Shown here: one piece after another, positions 10,290-21,760 of the stretch | Numbering within the stretch: position 1 is the stretch's first letter | How the letters are laid out: each line of letters starts with the position of its first letter | Source of the DNA: an uncultured Methanomicrobiaceae archaeon | GTDB taxonomy: Archaea > Halobacteriota > Methanomicrobia > Methanomicrobiales > Methanoculleaceae | Reading direction: 5' to 3' | Length of the DNA stretch: 64,000 bases | NCBI GenBank assembly: GCA_963826525.1 | Contig: CAWGXH010000003.1 | Span: 160,001-224,000, forward strand | Program-made: the position numbers and the translations under genes | Notes under the pieces: generated by a model | Database searches by the model: none | The model's input: only the letters and a program-made list of their open reading frames with translations | What the model was told of the DNA's origin: nothing

Positions 10290-11126
10290 TTAAAAGCCCT
10301 TTTCCCGGGAAGTGAGGTGTACCGTGACCCGGTATATCCCGGTTCCCACCATCCCCGCCCAGATCGGCAGCATCGCAACGAACACCGCCTCCCCGCCGAT
10401 AACTGCCGAAAGAAACGCCCAGGATAGCACGAGAAGCTGCGCGGACTGCACCCTGATTGGGGAGAGCCGTTTCCGGGTCCGATCGCCTGTCGTGGTGAGA
10501 TCCTGTGATTTACCTATCACCGCAAGGTAGAGGAGCGATCCGAGGAGGAGCGCGCCTCCCGGTGCCGGGGCGATGGGATCGATGGCCATGCCAGGCCCGC
10601 TGACGGCGAAGAAGCCGGTCTCGAGCGCTGCCAGAAGGGCAAACCCGATCTGCCGGCGGTTCGGCCGGGGGAGAAGTCCGTCCAGGAGGAACGCGGCTGA
10701 CGTGGCTGCCCCTGCGAGCAGGTAGCCCTGCAGGAGAGGCCATAAGCCGACGAGGAGCAGAACCACCGAGTCGAGCACCCGTGTCTGCAGCCCGGATGTC
10801 CGGTTAACCGTCCGCAGGAGAAGAACTGCCAGAAGTGCCGTGATCGGGTTGGGAAGCGGGAAAAGGACGAGTGCTCCTACCATCAGCCCTGTCGAGACGA
10901 ACGCTGCGTAATCCTCGTCGGGATCGAGTTCCCGTGCGAGTGCCCAGGCAAGAAAAACGGAGGCCGCTCCCGAGGCGGCGGCGATCACGCTCCCGGAGAT
11001 TGTCGCTCCGAGAAGAAGGGTGACGATAATGCCTCCCGCCAGGACGGCGAGCGTCAGGAGTACGATTGCCCGGTTTGTCGGATAATCGAGGTCGATCGAA
11101 CGGGCGAGGGTGAACGGTGGGGGCAT
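10290..11126 (-). CDS. Multi-pass membrane protein of unknown function
   Basis: LARSIDLDYPTNRAI, FLAWALARELDPD; about 8 hydrophobic segments. Confidence 0.75.
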   Translation of the reverse strand: MPPPFTLARSIDLDYPTNRAIVLLTLAVLAGGIIVTLLLGATISGSVIAAASGAASVFLAWALARELDPDEDYAAFVSTGLMVGALVLFPLPNPITALLAVLLLRTVNRTSGLQTRVLDSVVLLLVGLWPLLQGYLLAGAATSAAFLLDGLLPRPNRRQIGFALLAALETGFFAVSGPGMAIDPIAPAPGGALLLGSLLYLAVIGKSQDLTTTGDRTRKRLSPIRVQSAQLLVLSWAFLSAVIGGEAVFVAMLPIWAGMVGTGIYRVTVHLTSREKGF

Positions 11127-11181
11127 GGGATCAGTGAACCCCTCTCTTCCGGGATGATGAATGTTCCGGCAGGACCGGGGA

Positions 11182-11888
11182 TCACTCGGCGGATTCGAAT
11201 CGTTCCCCCTCGAGCCGCAGAAGCGCCTCAGAAGGCTCTTTTCCGACCTGCCGGAGCGCAAAGGAGAGAGCGGCGTTGATGGTGAGCGTGTAGCCCGTTT
11301 CTCTCCTGTACTCGGTGGTCAGGAAGGTGATGTGATTGCGGTAGGTTGCGTCACGGGTGATGAAGATCAGATCGTCCGCCGTGTGGCCGAGGATCATCTC
11401 CCATATCAGTTCGTCGCCGATGGTATCCTTTTTCTCGCTCTTCGGAGGATTTCCGAGGAGCTTTCGTCGATGTGCACGCTCGACATGCTCTTCCGTCCTC
11501 TGGATGATCGTCACGTCCCGGTCCGCGATAAGCCGGGAGAAGGCGGCATAGATCGGGTCTCCGGCCGGATCGGCGATCATCCCCTGGATATCCGAGACGA
11601 GTGACTGGAGTGCAGAATCATACTCCTCTCCGATCCGGAGGAGCCGGGCGAAATCTGGCTGCTCTCGGATGATGAACGGGGGGAAATCTCACCGATCTCT
11701 GTCTTCTTTATCTGGCGGGAATGGGTATCGAGGATCCTGTCGCGGTTCCGGAGGAACTCGTCGAAGACCAGATCGGGGAAGAGAAGGTAGGGTTTGAGCG
11801 CCTCGATATCGCCGAAGATCTGCCCCGTATCCTCGTCCGACCAGTAAAGACCGAGGAAGAGATTCGTATCGATAAAGATTTTCGTCAT
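11182..11888 (-). CDS. PIN-like domain protein (DUF4935-type), frameshifted
   Basis: IFIDTNLFL..Y, EFLRNR, GNPP..KKDTIGDELIWEMIL, LIFITRD; split over ORFs 11577-11888 and 11182-11580. Confidence 0.75.
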
Positions 11889-11954
11889 CGGTGAGCCATG
11901 TCACCGTGTCACGATAAGCGTTTCCCGGATGCGGGAGCCCGTGCCCCGCGCATG

Positions 11955-12317
11955 CTACCGCCGAAAGTCACGCTGCCCGGAGCGGCGGGTGGTACACCTG
12001 ACGAGCGACGCTACCGCTGCAAAGACCTCGTCCGTGACCCTCCCTTTCTTCCCGATGACGGCGGATCGCCGGATGACGATGGGATGCGCCGTCAGAATAT
12101 AACTCACCTCGAACATATCGAGGCCGCCCCGGGCGAAGTCGTCGAGCGAGAGCGGGACGCAGGGAACGTCGGAGGGCGCTCTGCTCGATACCGGGCAGAC
12201 GACGAGAGATCCGTCTTCGGATACCCTGAAAACGACTGCAGGGCGTGTCTTTGGGCTCGCGGCTCCATCGAGACGGAGACTGGCGAGAATGACATCTCCG
12301 GTGGAGAACTGTCCCAT
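11955..12317 (-). CDS. PemK/MazF-like endoribonuclease-family protein
   Basis: MGQFSTGDVILA.L...KTRPAVV...LVVCPVSS...SYI...IRRSAVIGKKGRV. Confidence 0.8.
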   Translation of the reverse strand: MGQFSTGDVILASLRLDGAASPKTRPAVVFRVSEDGSLVVCPVSSRAPSDVPCVPLSLDDFARGGLDMFEVSYILTAHPIVIRRSAVIGKKGRVTDEVFAAVASLVRCTTRRSGQRDFRR

Positions 12318-12431
12318 TACGATCTGAGTGGACGTCTGGAGAGAAAAGAGAATTGATCTCTCCCGGGAGACGACCGGCTGAATGCATATATAGGATGAGC
12401 GCGAGATTCCCCCGATCGACCTATGGATTCT

Positions 12432-13020
12432 ATGACTGGTGAGGGAGATGCGGGTATCGTCTTTCGGACGATAGGTGAGCGGCGCAGTATCAGGGAGTAT
12501 GAAGAGCGGGAAGTCCCGGAGGAGATGATCCGCCGGATCATCGGTGCCGGCGTCCAGGCCCCGACGGGCCTCGGTGTCCAGCCCTGGAGGTTTATCGTCG
12601 TCAGGGATGCCGACCTGATGCGGGAGGTCTCGGATTACTGCAAGGCGGCGATGATTGGGAACTTCGAAGAGACGACCGACGAGAACATACAGCGTTTCCT
12701 CTCGCTGCTCAGGCAGAAAGAGTTCAATATCTTCTACAATGCACCAGTGCTGATCCTCGTCCTCGGTGCTGTCGAGGATGATATGAGCCCGCTTGACTGC
12801 ACCCTCTGTGCCGAGAATATGCTGCTTGCCGCCTGGTCCCTCGGAATCGGGAGCTGCTGGGTCGGCTCGGCAGGCATTGTCCAGGAGAATCCGGATCTCC
12901 TGGAGCGGCTGGAGGTGCCTGACGGGTATGACGTTGTGGCGCCGCTGATCTTTGGGTATCCTGCAAACGTTCCGGCAAAGCCTGAGCGGCCGGGAGCCGG
13001 AGATCACCTGGGTCGGGTAG
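12432..13020 (+). CDS. Nitroreductase-family protein (probable indel near 3' end)
   Basis: ERRSIREY, QAPTG.G.QPWRFIVVRD, ENMLLAAWSLGIGSCWVG, LIFGYP; alternate frame ends REPEITWVG* at 13020. Confidence 0.9.
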
Positions 13021-13106
13021 ACTGGTTGCCCTCCGGAATATACGACCCTGAACGATCCTTTTTTCCCGACGGTTCGTCCCCGAAAGGGGAGCCTGACGGA
13101 CGACAC

Positions 13107-13557
13107 ATGGCTCTCGTTGTGCCGGTGGTTATAGGCCTTGGTGTGCTGGTTGCCGGATGCACAACATCTGGCGGAGATAACGCCACCACGCCGACCGCAT
13201 CTCCTACTGCCACCGAGACCGCTCCCCTGTGGAGACAGAGACTCCCGCCACGACCGCAACGTCGACCCCCCGGGAGACTGTTACCCTGACGACGCCCTCG
13301 ATGGTGGTAGAGACCACAGCAACCGCGACGCCGACGGAGAATGTGACGTCCGGAGAGGGAGGAAGCGTGACCGCGTCGATCTTATTGCGGAAAACCTCGC
13401 CTTTGACACGAGCACCATTACGGTGCCCGCCGGAGCGGAGGTGACGGTGAACTTCGAGAACCGTGATACCTTCCCCACAACCTCGCCGTCTACCAGACGT
13501 TCGCTACGCCGTCCACCCGACGATCATGACCGGCGACTTCGTCGCAGAGTGCAGTGA
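13107..13557 (+). pseudogene. Lipoprotein with Thr-rich linker and degenerate cupredoxin (plastocyanin-like) domain
   Basis: LVAGC lipobox, Thr-rich linker, DLIAENLAFDTSTITVPAGAEVTVNFENRD, PHNLAVY, then directly RYAVHPTIMTGDF; middle of the domain missing and Cys ligand absent. Confidence 0.6.
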
Positions 13558-13600
13558 GGGCTCCTCACCCTCTCCTTCTCTGCCGGGTAAAACCGCTGTA

Positions 13601-14065
13601 TCACGATTCGAGAGTGAAGTCAACCTCGAACATCACGTACCGCGCCTCGTGCATCCCGGCAAAGCGGTATGCTCTTCGGGCGGTGAGGTTATCCGCATCG
13701 ACGTAAAGCCGAAGACCGACGACATCGTTCCTCGCCCTTGCCTCGTCCTCGACCGCCCGGTATAGCCGGGAGAACACGCCCCTCTGCCGGCAGTCCTTCC
13801 GTACGTAGACGCTCTGGATCCACCAGAAAAACCCGCAGCGCCAGTCGCTCCACTCAAACGTCACCATACACTGCCCGACGATGCCGTTGGTATTCTCAGC
13901 AACGAGGTAAAGCCCCTTCGTCGGGTCGTTCAGGACAGCCTCGACGCCGCTTCGTGCGACAATGGGGTCAAGTTCGCGTCCTTCGGTCTCCCACGCCGTA
14001 GCACGGTTATTCTCTGCAAGGATCTCCGTATCGGCCGGTTTTGCCCTTCTGAGCAGCAGCGTCAT
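13601..14065 (-). CDS. GNAT-family N-acetyltransferase
   Basis: EWSDWR.G.FWWIQSVYV..DCRQRGVF..LY, GLRLYVD..N..ARRAY...GM. Confidence 0.9.
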   Translation of the reverse strand: MTLLLRRAKPADTEILAENNRATAWETEGRELDPIVARSGVEAVLNDPTKGLYLVAENTNGIVGQCMVTFEWSDWRCGFFWWIQSVYVRKDCRQRGVFSRLYRAVEDEARARNDVVGLRLYVDADNLTARRAYRFAGMHEARYVMFEVDFTLES

Positions 14066-14586
14066 GATCGTTCACCAAACGGTAACTGTACACGGGTCGG
14101 AGAAGATTATGAGCGTTTCTCATCGGTCCTGCCGGGATTGCAGCGATGACCCGGGGAGTATGCTCCGGGAGATCTGTCGCCATAAATCCCAAATACCGCC
14201 GGGCAGTACGTGCTTCCCTATGAACGGGACGATCTGGGTTACCCTGGATGATGGGACGAGCGAGGCAGCGATACAGGGAGTCGAGCGACAGGCGGCAGCA
14301 TCAGAGCCGTATGATATTCTGCATGTCGAGACCCCCCATGGGCGTGTCGACTGCCACTACTATTCTGTGCCCGGCTCTCCGAAGGGCGTGATCATGGTCG
14401 GCGGCGGATGGCGTCTACCGCGAGGTGAAAGACCGGCTTGTCGATCACCTCGGGTGACCGCGACGGGCAGTGCGGTGCGCCACTGCAGGCTCCCGGAACT
14501 CTCCTCTGGCTCTTTCCGTGAGGTTAATGACTCAATCCTTCGAAACCGTTTAGCAGGTGAGGCCTCCAATGGCTCCGGTGGTACCG

Positions 14587-15712
14587 ATGAAACTACGTGA
14601 TTTTCAGCTGGAACGGTTTCTCGCAGAGTATGAGTTCCGTGCGCCGTATCTCCTCTGTGCGTCCGACTGCGAGACGGTCAGCGTCCGCGAGCTGACTGGC
14701 ACGGGAAGAGGGGGCTCACGAAGCACTCATGGACCTGCGGCTCGGCTATGCGGAGCCGATGGGCAGCCCTGCGCTCAGGGAAGAGATTGCAGAACTCTAT
14801 TCGACGATCTCCCCGGAGGAGATCATCGCCTTCAACGGAGCATCCGAGGGCATCCTGGCATACATGAACGTCGCTCTTTCAGCGGGCGATCATGTTATCG
14901 TCCAGTGCCCGGCATACCAGTCGCTCTACGAGGTCGCCCGCTCGGTCGGCTGCGACGTGACGATGTGGCGGATGGAGGAGCGGGACAAGGCGTGGACTCT
15001 CGACCTCGATCTGCTGCAGGAGCATATCCGGAGCACGACGAAGGCAGTCATCATCAACTCGCCCCACAATCCGACCGGTTACCAGATCCCGAAGAGCGAT
15101 TTTCTGGCGATCGCGGAGATCGCCGCCGATCACGGGGCGGCCGTCTTCTCCGACGAAGTCTACCGGTATCTCGAGCACCCGGGCACCGGGCGGCTTCCCG
15201 CCATGGCCGATATCTCCGAGACCGGGGTCTCGCTCGGGGTAATCTCAAAGGCCTTCGGCCTCGCGGGACTCAGGACCGGCTGGATCGCCACGCACGACCG
15301 GGAACTGCTCCGGAAACTCTCGGCATTCAAGGATTACTCGACGATCTGCAACACGGTACCCGGTGAGTTCTTTTCGACGCTGGCGCTCCGTCAGAAAGAT
15401 GCGCTGGTGGAGCGAAACCTCAGGATCGTCGGGAGCAACCTTTGCCTCCTCGAGCGGTTCTTCCGGGAGAATGGTGACCTGTTCTGCTGGTCACACCCTT
15501 CCGCCGGCTCGACCGCCTTCCCGGCGATCCTGCCCGATGGGAGTGCCCTGGAGTTCTGCATCAGGCTCGTCGACCGGCAGGGCGTGCTGCTGCTCCCCGG
15601 GACGGTCTTTGAGTATGACGACCGGCACTTCAGGATTGGATACGGACGGGCGGATATGCCGGCGTCCCTCCGGCAGTTTGAATGCTATATCGAAGAGCAC
15701 CTCCGCGCCTGA
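14587..15712 (+). CDS. PLP-dependent aminotransferase class I/II, frameshifted near 14700
   Basis: MKLRDFQLERFLAEYEF..., INSPHNPTG, FSDEVY, SKAFGLAGLRTGW (PLP Lys), FRIGYG. Confidence 0.9.
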
Positions 15713-15719
15713 TCCGGGT

Positions 15720-16409
15720 TCACCCACCTGCACGAACCTTCGCAAGGTCGCCACGTGCCCGGCAGGGGTCGTCACTGGCAAAGCCGTCGACGCCGAGTTC
15801 GTAGGCACGCCGCACCTCGGGGCTGTGGTTCAGCACCCACGGGATCACCAGGAGGTGCCGGTTGTGCGCCTCCCGGACGAGGTCTTCGGTGAGCAGATCG
15901 AACCGGGGCAGGATGGCATCCGCCCCGAGCAGGACGGCATCCCGGACGGGGTCGTCCCGTCGTGCGGAGAAGATAAGCCCCGCTCCGGCACCGGGGAGCA
16001 GTCTCTTTGCCGTCGCCACGCTCCGGTCGTGGAACGAAACGATGAAAAGATCCTCCGGCAGGTTCTCCAGCAGGACGGACGAGACCACCTCCTCGATCCC
16101 CGGCTCTTTGATCTCGACGATAAGCCCGGCCTCTCCTGAAACACGATCGAGCACCTCACCCAGCAGCGGTATTCTCTCTCCCTTCCCGGCGTCGAGCCCC
16201 TGTAACTCTTCAACGGTGAGCTCCCGCACCACCCCCGTCCCGTCGGTCGTCCGGTCGACGGTGGCGTCATGGATCACCACCGGTATCCCGTCCCGGCTCA
16301 GGCGGACGTCGATCTCAACGTAATCGGCGCACAGAAACCCTCTTTGTACTGCTGCAAGGGTATTCTCGGGTTCGAGGGCACGTGCACCGCGGTGTCCGAC
16401 GATGAACAT
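15720..16409 (-). CDS. Glycerophosphodiester phosphodiesterase
   Basis: GHRGA..LEPENTL, VEIDVRLSRDG.PVVIHDATVDRTT, VEIKE, GVDGFASDDP. Confidence 0.92.
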   Translation of the reverse strand: MFIVGHRGARALEPENTLAAVQRGFLCADYVEIDVRLSRDGIPVVIHDATVDRTTDGTGVVRELTVEELQGLDAGKGERIPLLGEVLDRVSGEAGLIVEIKEPGIEEVVSSVLLENLPEDLFIVSFHDRSVATAKRLLPGAGAGLIFSARRDDPVRDAVLLGADAILPRFDLLTEDLVREAHNRHLLVIPWVLNHSPEVRRAYELGVDGFASDDPCRARGDLAKVRAGG

Positions 16410-16520
16410 ACCTCTCCTCCGGAGCCGGAGCAGATATACCTTGCCGCCGTTCCGGCACTCGGCCGTTCACGACCGGGCGTGTCAAAAGTGGATGGAACGA
16501 GGGCTCTCCCCGTGGCAGTA

Positions 16521-16715
16521 TCAGAGTTTCTTCTCGATCGCGATCATGATCGCGCCGGCGATGAGCAGCAGGATGATATCACTAATGTAGGGGATAGAGG
16601 AGACGACCGACTGGATAATGGAGGTGATATGGAAGAAGTCCTCGACTACTTTTAAGATGATGTATATGACGATGAGACCCCCGATGAGTTTTATAACGGG
16701 CGTGATATCTTTCAT
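16521..16715 (-). CDS. Small two-TM membrane protein
   Basis: 64-aa ORF with two clear hydrophobic helices. Confidence 0.55.
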   Translation of the reverse strand: MKDITPVIKLIGGLIVIYIILKVVEDFFHITSIIQSVVSSIPYISDIILLLIAGAIMIAIEKKL

Positions 16716-16983
16716 GCATGGTAGTGGGGAATATTCGGTATTAAACTCTGTGCTTTGAGAATTTTGGAATCAAAGGGATATCTGATGAAATACGTGCTTC
16801 CTTGAACTCCGGTATGCATTCCGCCCTCTCTCTGGAGAATGCCCCTGGCCAGTGTACAAAACGTGAAGGTGCTCTCCTCTCCCGGGAGAGACGGTCGTGA
16901 CGCTTCGCGCCGGAGGAAACTGCACAAAATCCTGCACACGGAGAATGCATCCACCATCCGCCAGAAACGGTGCGCCCGGTACT

Positions 16984-17150
16984 CTATTCCTCCCGGAGCC
17001 GGTTGAACTCCGATTCCACGTCTTCGATCGTTCTCTACAACCGGTCGTCGAACCGTTCGAGTGCCCGGATCACTGCCGGTATTGCTCCGGTCTTCCGTGC
17101 TTTATCAATAAGCCGCTGTTTTGGTGCCGGGAAAATAGGTTAGGTCATGC
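16984..17150 (-). pseudogene. Degenerate DUF2795 paralogue with an in-frame TAG
   Basis: Manual translation FPAPKQRLIDKARKTGAIPAVIRALERFDDRL*RTIEDVESEFNRLREE* aligns to the neighbour YPASKQDLIKHAQ...YEDKQYNTPEDVKSEFNRLRNR. Confidence 0.7.
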
Positions 17151-17282
17151 GGCACCCGCTCGGACCTGAAAAAACAGGTCCGGCCAGGCGTGTGTATCCG
17201 CATATGCCGGAACGCCGTTCCGCCTGCCGAAGACGGGCCCTGATGACGCTCCGGCACTGTGGATTTGGGCTAATGTCCAACC

Positions 17283-17510
17283 TTATCGATTCCGGAGCCT
17301 ATTGAACTCCGATTTCACGTCTTCAGGAGTGTTGTACTGTTTATCTTCGTACTGGTTCAGCGCGTCGATCACCATCTGCGGGGAATTGTTATCCTGTGCG
17401 TGTTTGATCAGATCCTGCTTGCTCGCCGGATAATTGGCGTCGGACGTTTCGACCGCTATAATATCCGCATCAAGTTCCTTAAATGCCATCGATGACTGTT
17501 CTGCTGCCAT
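17283..17510 (-). CDS. DUF2795-family protein
   Basis: NYPASKQDLIKHAQDNN...VIDAL....DKQY.TPEDV; GAGGTGA RBS. Confidence 0.85.
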   Translation of the reverse strand: MAAEQSSMAFKELDADIIAVETSDANYPASKQDLIKHAQDNNSPQMVIDALNQYEDKQYNTPEDVKSEFNRLRNR

Positions 17511-17943
17511 ATTCTCATCACCTCTTCTTCACACCCTGCATCGGATGCATGCGGTGGACAGGCTTTGTCGGACAAATACATTTCGGTCGGCGAGGTAACC
17601 GGGAAGGTCTTCGTTGATCCGATCGGTTCCGCACCGGATGCACCGCTGCACCGGCCGGGTGAGGACAGAAGTCCGGGTGCCGTCCGGTGCTGCCCCTCTC
17701 TGGGATGGTCAGGGAATGAATCAGCCTCTTTTCGCATCCGGATCGATCGCGTGGATGATGCGGAGCCTGCGGTTTTCTCATACTCTGATACGGGATGGCA
17801 CCTCGGGGTTTTTGGGTCTCATCCACCTGTCGGATGCATCCGGGGCCACCCCGAACGACCACATCAGGAGCGAGTGCCGGGGGGTCCTGGCTGTGATCCC
17901 GGGCAGGCATACTCTTCTTCGGTCACCAGCCGGAAAAAAGAGG

Positions 17944-18198
17944 TTATTTGACCCTTCCGAACTCCTGGCTCACGTCTGCAGCGGATAGGTACTGCTTGTC
18001 CTCGAACATCTGTAGCACTGCGATAACCGAATCCGGAGCATCGTTCTTCCTGGCATGGCTGATCATATCCTGCTTCCCTGCCGGATAGTCCATACCGCCG
18101 AGGTACTTCTGGAACGCGGATGCGCTCAGTTTCTCAACCGAAGCCGTCGCCTGTACCGACGCCTGACCGCCCTTCACCGATGGTCTCTCTTCTGCCAT
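17944..18198 (-). CDS. DUF2795-family protein
   Basis: QKYLGGMDYPAGKQDMISHARKNDAP..VI.VL..FEDKQY.SAADV. Confidence 0.88.
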   Translation of the reverse strand: MAEERPSVKGGQASVQATASVEKLSASAFQKYLGGMDYPAGKQDMISHARKNDAPDSVIAVLQMFEDKQYLSAADVSQEFGRVK

Positions 18199-18692
18199 GC
18201 TTCTCATCTCCTCGCATCCGGTGGATGCGCACCCTCACACCGGTTCAGATACCTAATACATTGCGGTCGATCCGGCTCTCTGTCGGGTATCTCGAGTTCT
18301 CACCCTCCTATGCAGATATCAGACCGCGGATGGGTGGCCGATGCACTGGGTTGGGTGTCCGCGGGCGTATCCGAAAAGGAGATTGCCGGAGAATGTTTAC
18401 TCTGCCCGGCACCGAGACCCTTATGCGAGGCGTGGCCACGGCGCTCGTACTTCCTGCTCGATTCAGTCGTCTCTCTTGGAACATTGCTCTCTGTCAAATG
18501 CTCCACGATAGTCCTGCTTCTTTGCCAGATACGTATGCCGGAGAGGTACTTTTTCAGCGCCCCGGCACCTGCCGATTCGACCGCCGAAAGACCCCGGCTC
18601 CGGAAGCGAAACGGAGAAGGCTTATTGGAACTGCTGCCGCACCAATAATCATCTGCCGATATCCCGCACCGGCATCCGGATAACGATCTCCC

Positions 18693-20894
18693 ATGACAGC
18701 ACAGCCACTACGCCCCGAAACCGGCCTTCTCCCGGCCATCATGCTGCTCTGTATTGTCATAGCAGGGATCTCTTCTGCAGGGTGCACCGCTGTGGCGGGC
18801 ACCGACAGTCTCCCCGTCCGTATCGGCGTCATGCTGCCGGAGAGCGGCTCTCTTGCCATGCACGGCCTGGATGAACTTGACTGGGCGGTGGATGCGATGA
18901 ACCGGCAGGGCGGTGTCGGCGGCCGCACGATCGAACTCGTCTATCGGGATACGAGCACCGGCAATATCTCCGCATACGCGGAAGAACTGGCCGGGCGTGA
19001 TGATATCGATATCATCATCGGTCCTGCGACAAGCGCGGAACTCATGCTTATCGCTCCTCTCGTCACGGGTCGAGGCAAACTCCTTATCTCCCCGAGCGCC
19101 ACATCGGGAATCATCACGGCCGAATACGAGGAGAACGACCGCCTCTGGAGAACCTGTGCCGCCGACGGCCAGCAGCTGAAGGCGGTCTTCCGGATCCTCC
19201 GGGAGAACGGCGTCAGCAACGTCTCGCTTATCACCGCGAATTCAACCTACGGAGAGACGTTTGCACGGATTGCCCCGGTAGCGGCCGCGATGAACGGGAT
19301 CCGGCTCACCGGAGCGGTATCCGTCGATGCGTCGGATGATTTTGCAGAGATTGCTCACGGATAGGAGAGGAAGAGCCCGATACCGTCGTTGCTGCCGTAT
19401 ACCCCGAAGAGGCGGCCGGGATCGCGGATGCGCTGCACGCGGCGGGCTCGTCTGCCGACCTCTTCCTGACCGATGCCGGCCGGTCGCCGTACCTGCTGGA
19501 GAGCCTGGGCGAGCGGGCGGAGGGCATCCGGGGCACGTCGCTCTCCTCCGATCCCTCGACCGGGTATGCCATCGCCTATGAGGAGACCTTCGGGGAGTCG
19601 CCGCCGCCGTTTGCCGCACAGACATACGACGCTCTCCTCCTCGCCGTCTATACCGCGGCACGGCAGGAGACGGCTCCGGCCGAACCGCTCGCCGACTCTC
19701 TCCGGTGGGTCGTCTCCGGCGACGGCATCACCAAAGGTTGGGATCCCCAGGAAGCGAGCGAGGCCGTGGCGATGATCCGTGCGGGGGAGCACCCGGTCGT
19801 CACCGGCGCCTCCGGCCCCCTCCGGTTCCCCGAAAAACCCTCCGCAGGCCCGCTCGTCGGATACTATACCCGTTGGGCGGTCGAAGGCGGGGTGTTCTGT
19901 GAGAGCACCCCGGTCCCCTCGGCGGACGTCTCTCCGGCGCTCCCCGGCCTCTCGTACGACCCGGCCGGCGGCAGTACCGGAGGCTGCCGGACGGTGATCT
20001 GGATGGTCTACCCGCTGGTGAAAGGTGACCGGTCGTTCGCAGACTCGGCGTACCGGGGTCTTTTCCGTGCGCAGGAGTCGAACTCCTTCGTCAAGCGGGA
20101 GTGCACCTACGACGATCTGCCGCTCCTCGATGCCGTATTCTCTGCAAAGAACTTCGCCGAGAAACCCGACCTCGTGATAACCGAGGGATTCCAGTTCACC
20201 GATTCCTCCCGGGCGATGGGCGGAGGCGAACCCCGATATCCGTTTCTTCACCCTCGAGCAGGCGAACTACGGCCTTCCGAATGCGTGCGATGTCGTGATG
20301 GTCCCGTACGGAGCCTCGTACCTCGCGGGCGTAATGGCGGCGAATCTCACGACGACGGGCAGGATCGGTGCGATCGCCGGTGCGCCGGTCTCCGTCATTC
20401 AGCCGTTCGTCGAAGGATTCCGTGCAGGATCGGAGGCGTATGATCCGTCGGTGGACGTCACGGTGCGCTACGTCGGCGAGAGTTTCGAGGGGTTCGGCAT
20501 GCCGGAGCGTGCGGATGCGATCGCCCGGGAGCTGCGTAGCGAGGGCGTCGACATCATCCTGATGATCGCCGGCGCCTCAAACACCGGGATAGTCGATGCC
20601 GTCCGGGAGACCGGGGACGTCTATCTCATTGGCGAGGACACCGACCAGTCCTACCTCGCCCCGAACCTCGTCGTTGCGTCGGTGGTGAAGCAGATCGACG
20701 TGATCGTCTACCACGCAGTGGAGGAGGAACTCTGCGGGGAGTTCACGCCGGGACGGGAGGTCTGGACGCTTGAGGACGGCGGCACCGGTCTTTTCATCTC
20801 TCCACGGTTCGATGAATACGCATGGGTCGTCACCGACTGGCGGGAACGGGCGATCGCCGCGGAGAAAGACTACCTGAAAACAGCAGTGCTCTGA
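18693..20894 (+). CDS. Fused substrate-binding protein: LivJ/Peripla_BP_6-like domain plus BMP (PnrA-like) domain; frameshifted
   Basis: SAGC lipobox-like, RIGVMLP.SG, IIGP.TS, LISPSATS, YG; then GDRSF.DSAYRG, SYLAG.MAA..T.TG.IG.I.G, IGEDTDQSYLAPN.VVASVVK. Confidence 0.8.
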
Positions 20895-21311
20895 ACGGGG
20901 CGGGATGAAGCCTCACTGGCAGCCTCCCGCCCCGGAGTGTCGGGAACGGGTGGTTTTCTGCCCTTCCGGTGGAACCGGCCTTCTACCGTCACAATCCCGC
21001 GGCGGATTCCAAAGATATTTATTTTTCTCTCGTCTAAATGTATTTTCATGGAAAGGAAAGGATTATTTGTTCTACTGGTCGCCATCACTGTGTTTGCGGT
21101 GCTGTTTGCCGGTACAGCCGGCAATCCCGACTATCAGGATGAGGATGCACGCACACAGTGCACTTAAAACCTTCTTTTCCATAACAGGAACATATCTGGG
21201 AACAGATATTTAGGTGTTATGACTTGAAGTTCCCGGAAAAATCTCCTCTTCCTCTCAAAAAAGAACACTGTACATATATCGCTTCTCGCCGTACCTGATA
21301 TCGGACGAAAC

Positions 21312-21626
21312 ATGCTGAAAAAAACGTATATCAAAAGGTTCGGTGTCGTCTCGGTTGCAAAGTTCACGGCGGTGCTCACGGCGATGTACGGCTTGGTTCT
21401 CGGGATTATCGCTGCGCTCGGGGCAGGTGCGAAAGACGGCGTGGCTCGGTGCACCAGGCCTTGGGCGCCATCGGGACGGTCGGGTTCTGCGGTCGGGATC
21501 GTCGTGCTGGTTGTTCTTGCCATGGCGCTGGTCGGCTTCGTCACCGGTGCAGTCCTTGCCGTCATCTACAACATCGCCTCGAGGGCGACGGGCGGGATCG
21601 AGATCGATCTCGATATCACCGAGTGA
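21312..21626 (+). CDS. Small membrane protein (DUF3566-like)
   Basis: IKRFGVVSVAK...YGL..G, GFVTGAV.A.IYN.....GGIEI. Confidence 0.6.
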   Translation: MLKKTYIKRFGVVSVAKFTAVLTAMYGLVLGIIAALGAGAKDGVARCTRPWAPSGRSGSAVGIVVLVVLAMALVGFVTGAVLAVIYNIASRATGGIEIDLDITE

Positions 21627-21760
21627 ATATACCCGGCCAAAACGGCCCCACTCCTCTTTTGCCGCATCGCTGAGCCCCTCATACCTATGCAAGCCTCTCC
21701 CTGCCGCTCCTCGCCGCCGGTGAGCAACACTTAAGTAGATGGGGGCGAGCAGGTGGGGGT

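Noticed and set aside
14220-14420. N-terminal fragment resembling an alpha/beta hydrolase (ETPHGRVDCHYY...GVIMVGG)
   Set aside because: Short and truncated, with no nucleophile motif; too weak to annotate.
21047-21167. Short signal-peptide-like ORF (MERKGLFVLLVA...)
   Set aside because: About 39 aa with no domain; may be a gene remnant.
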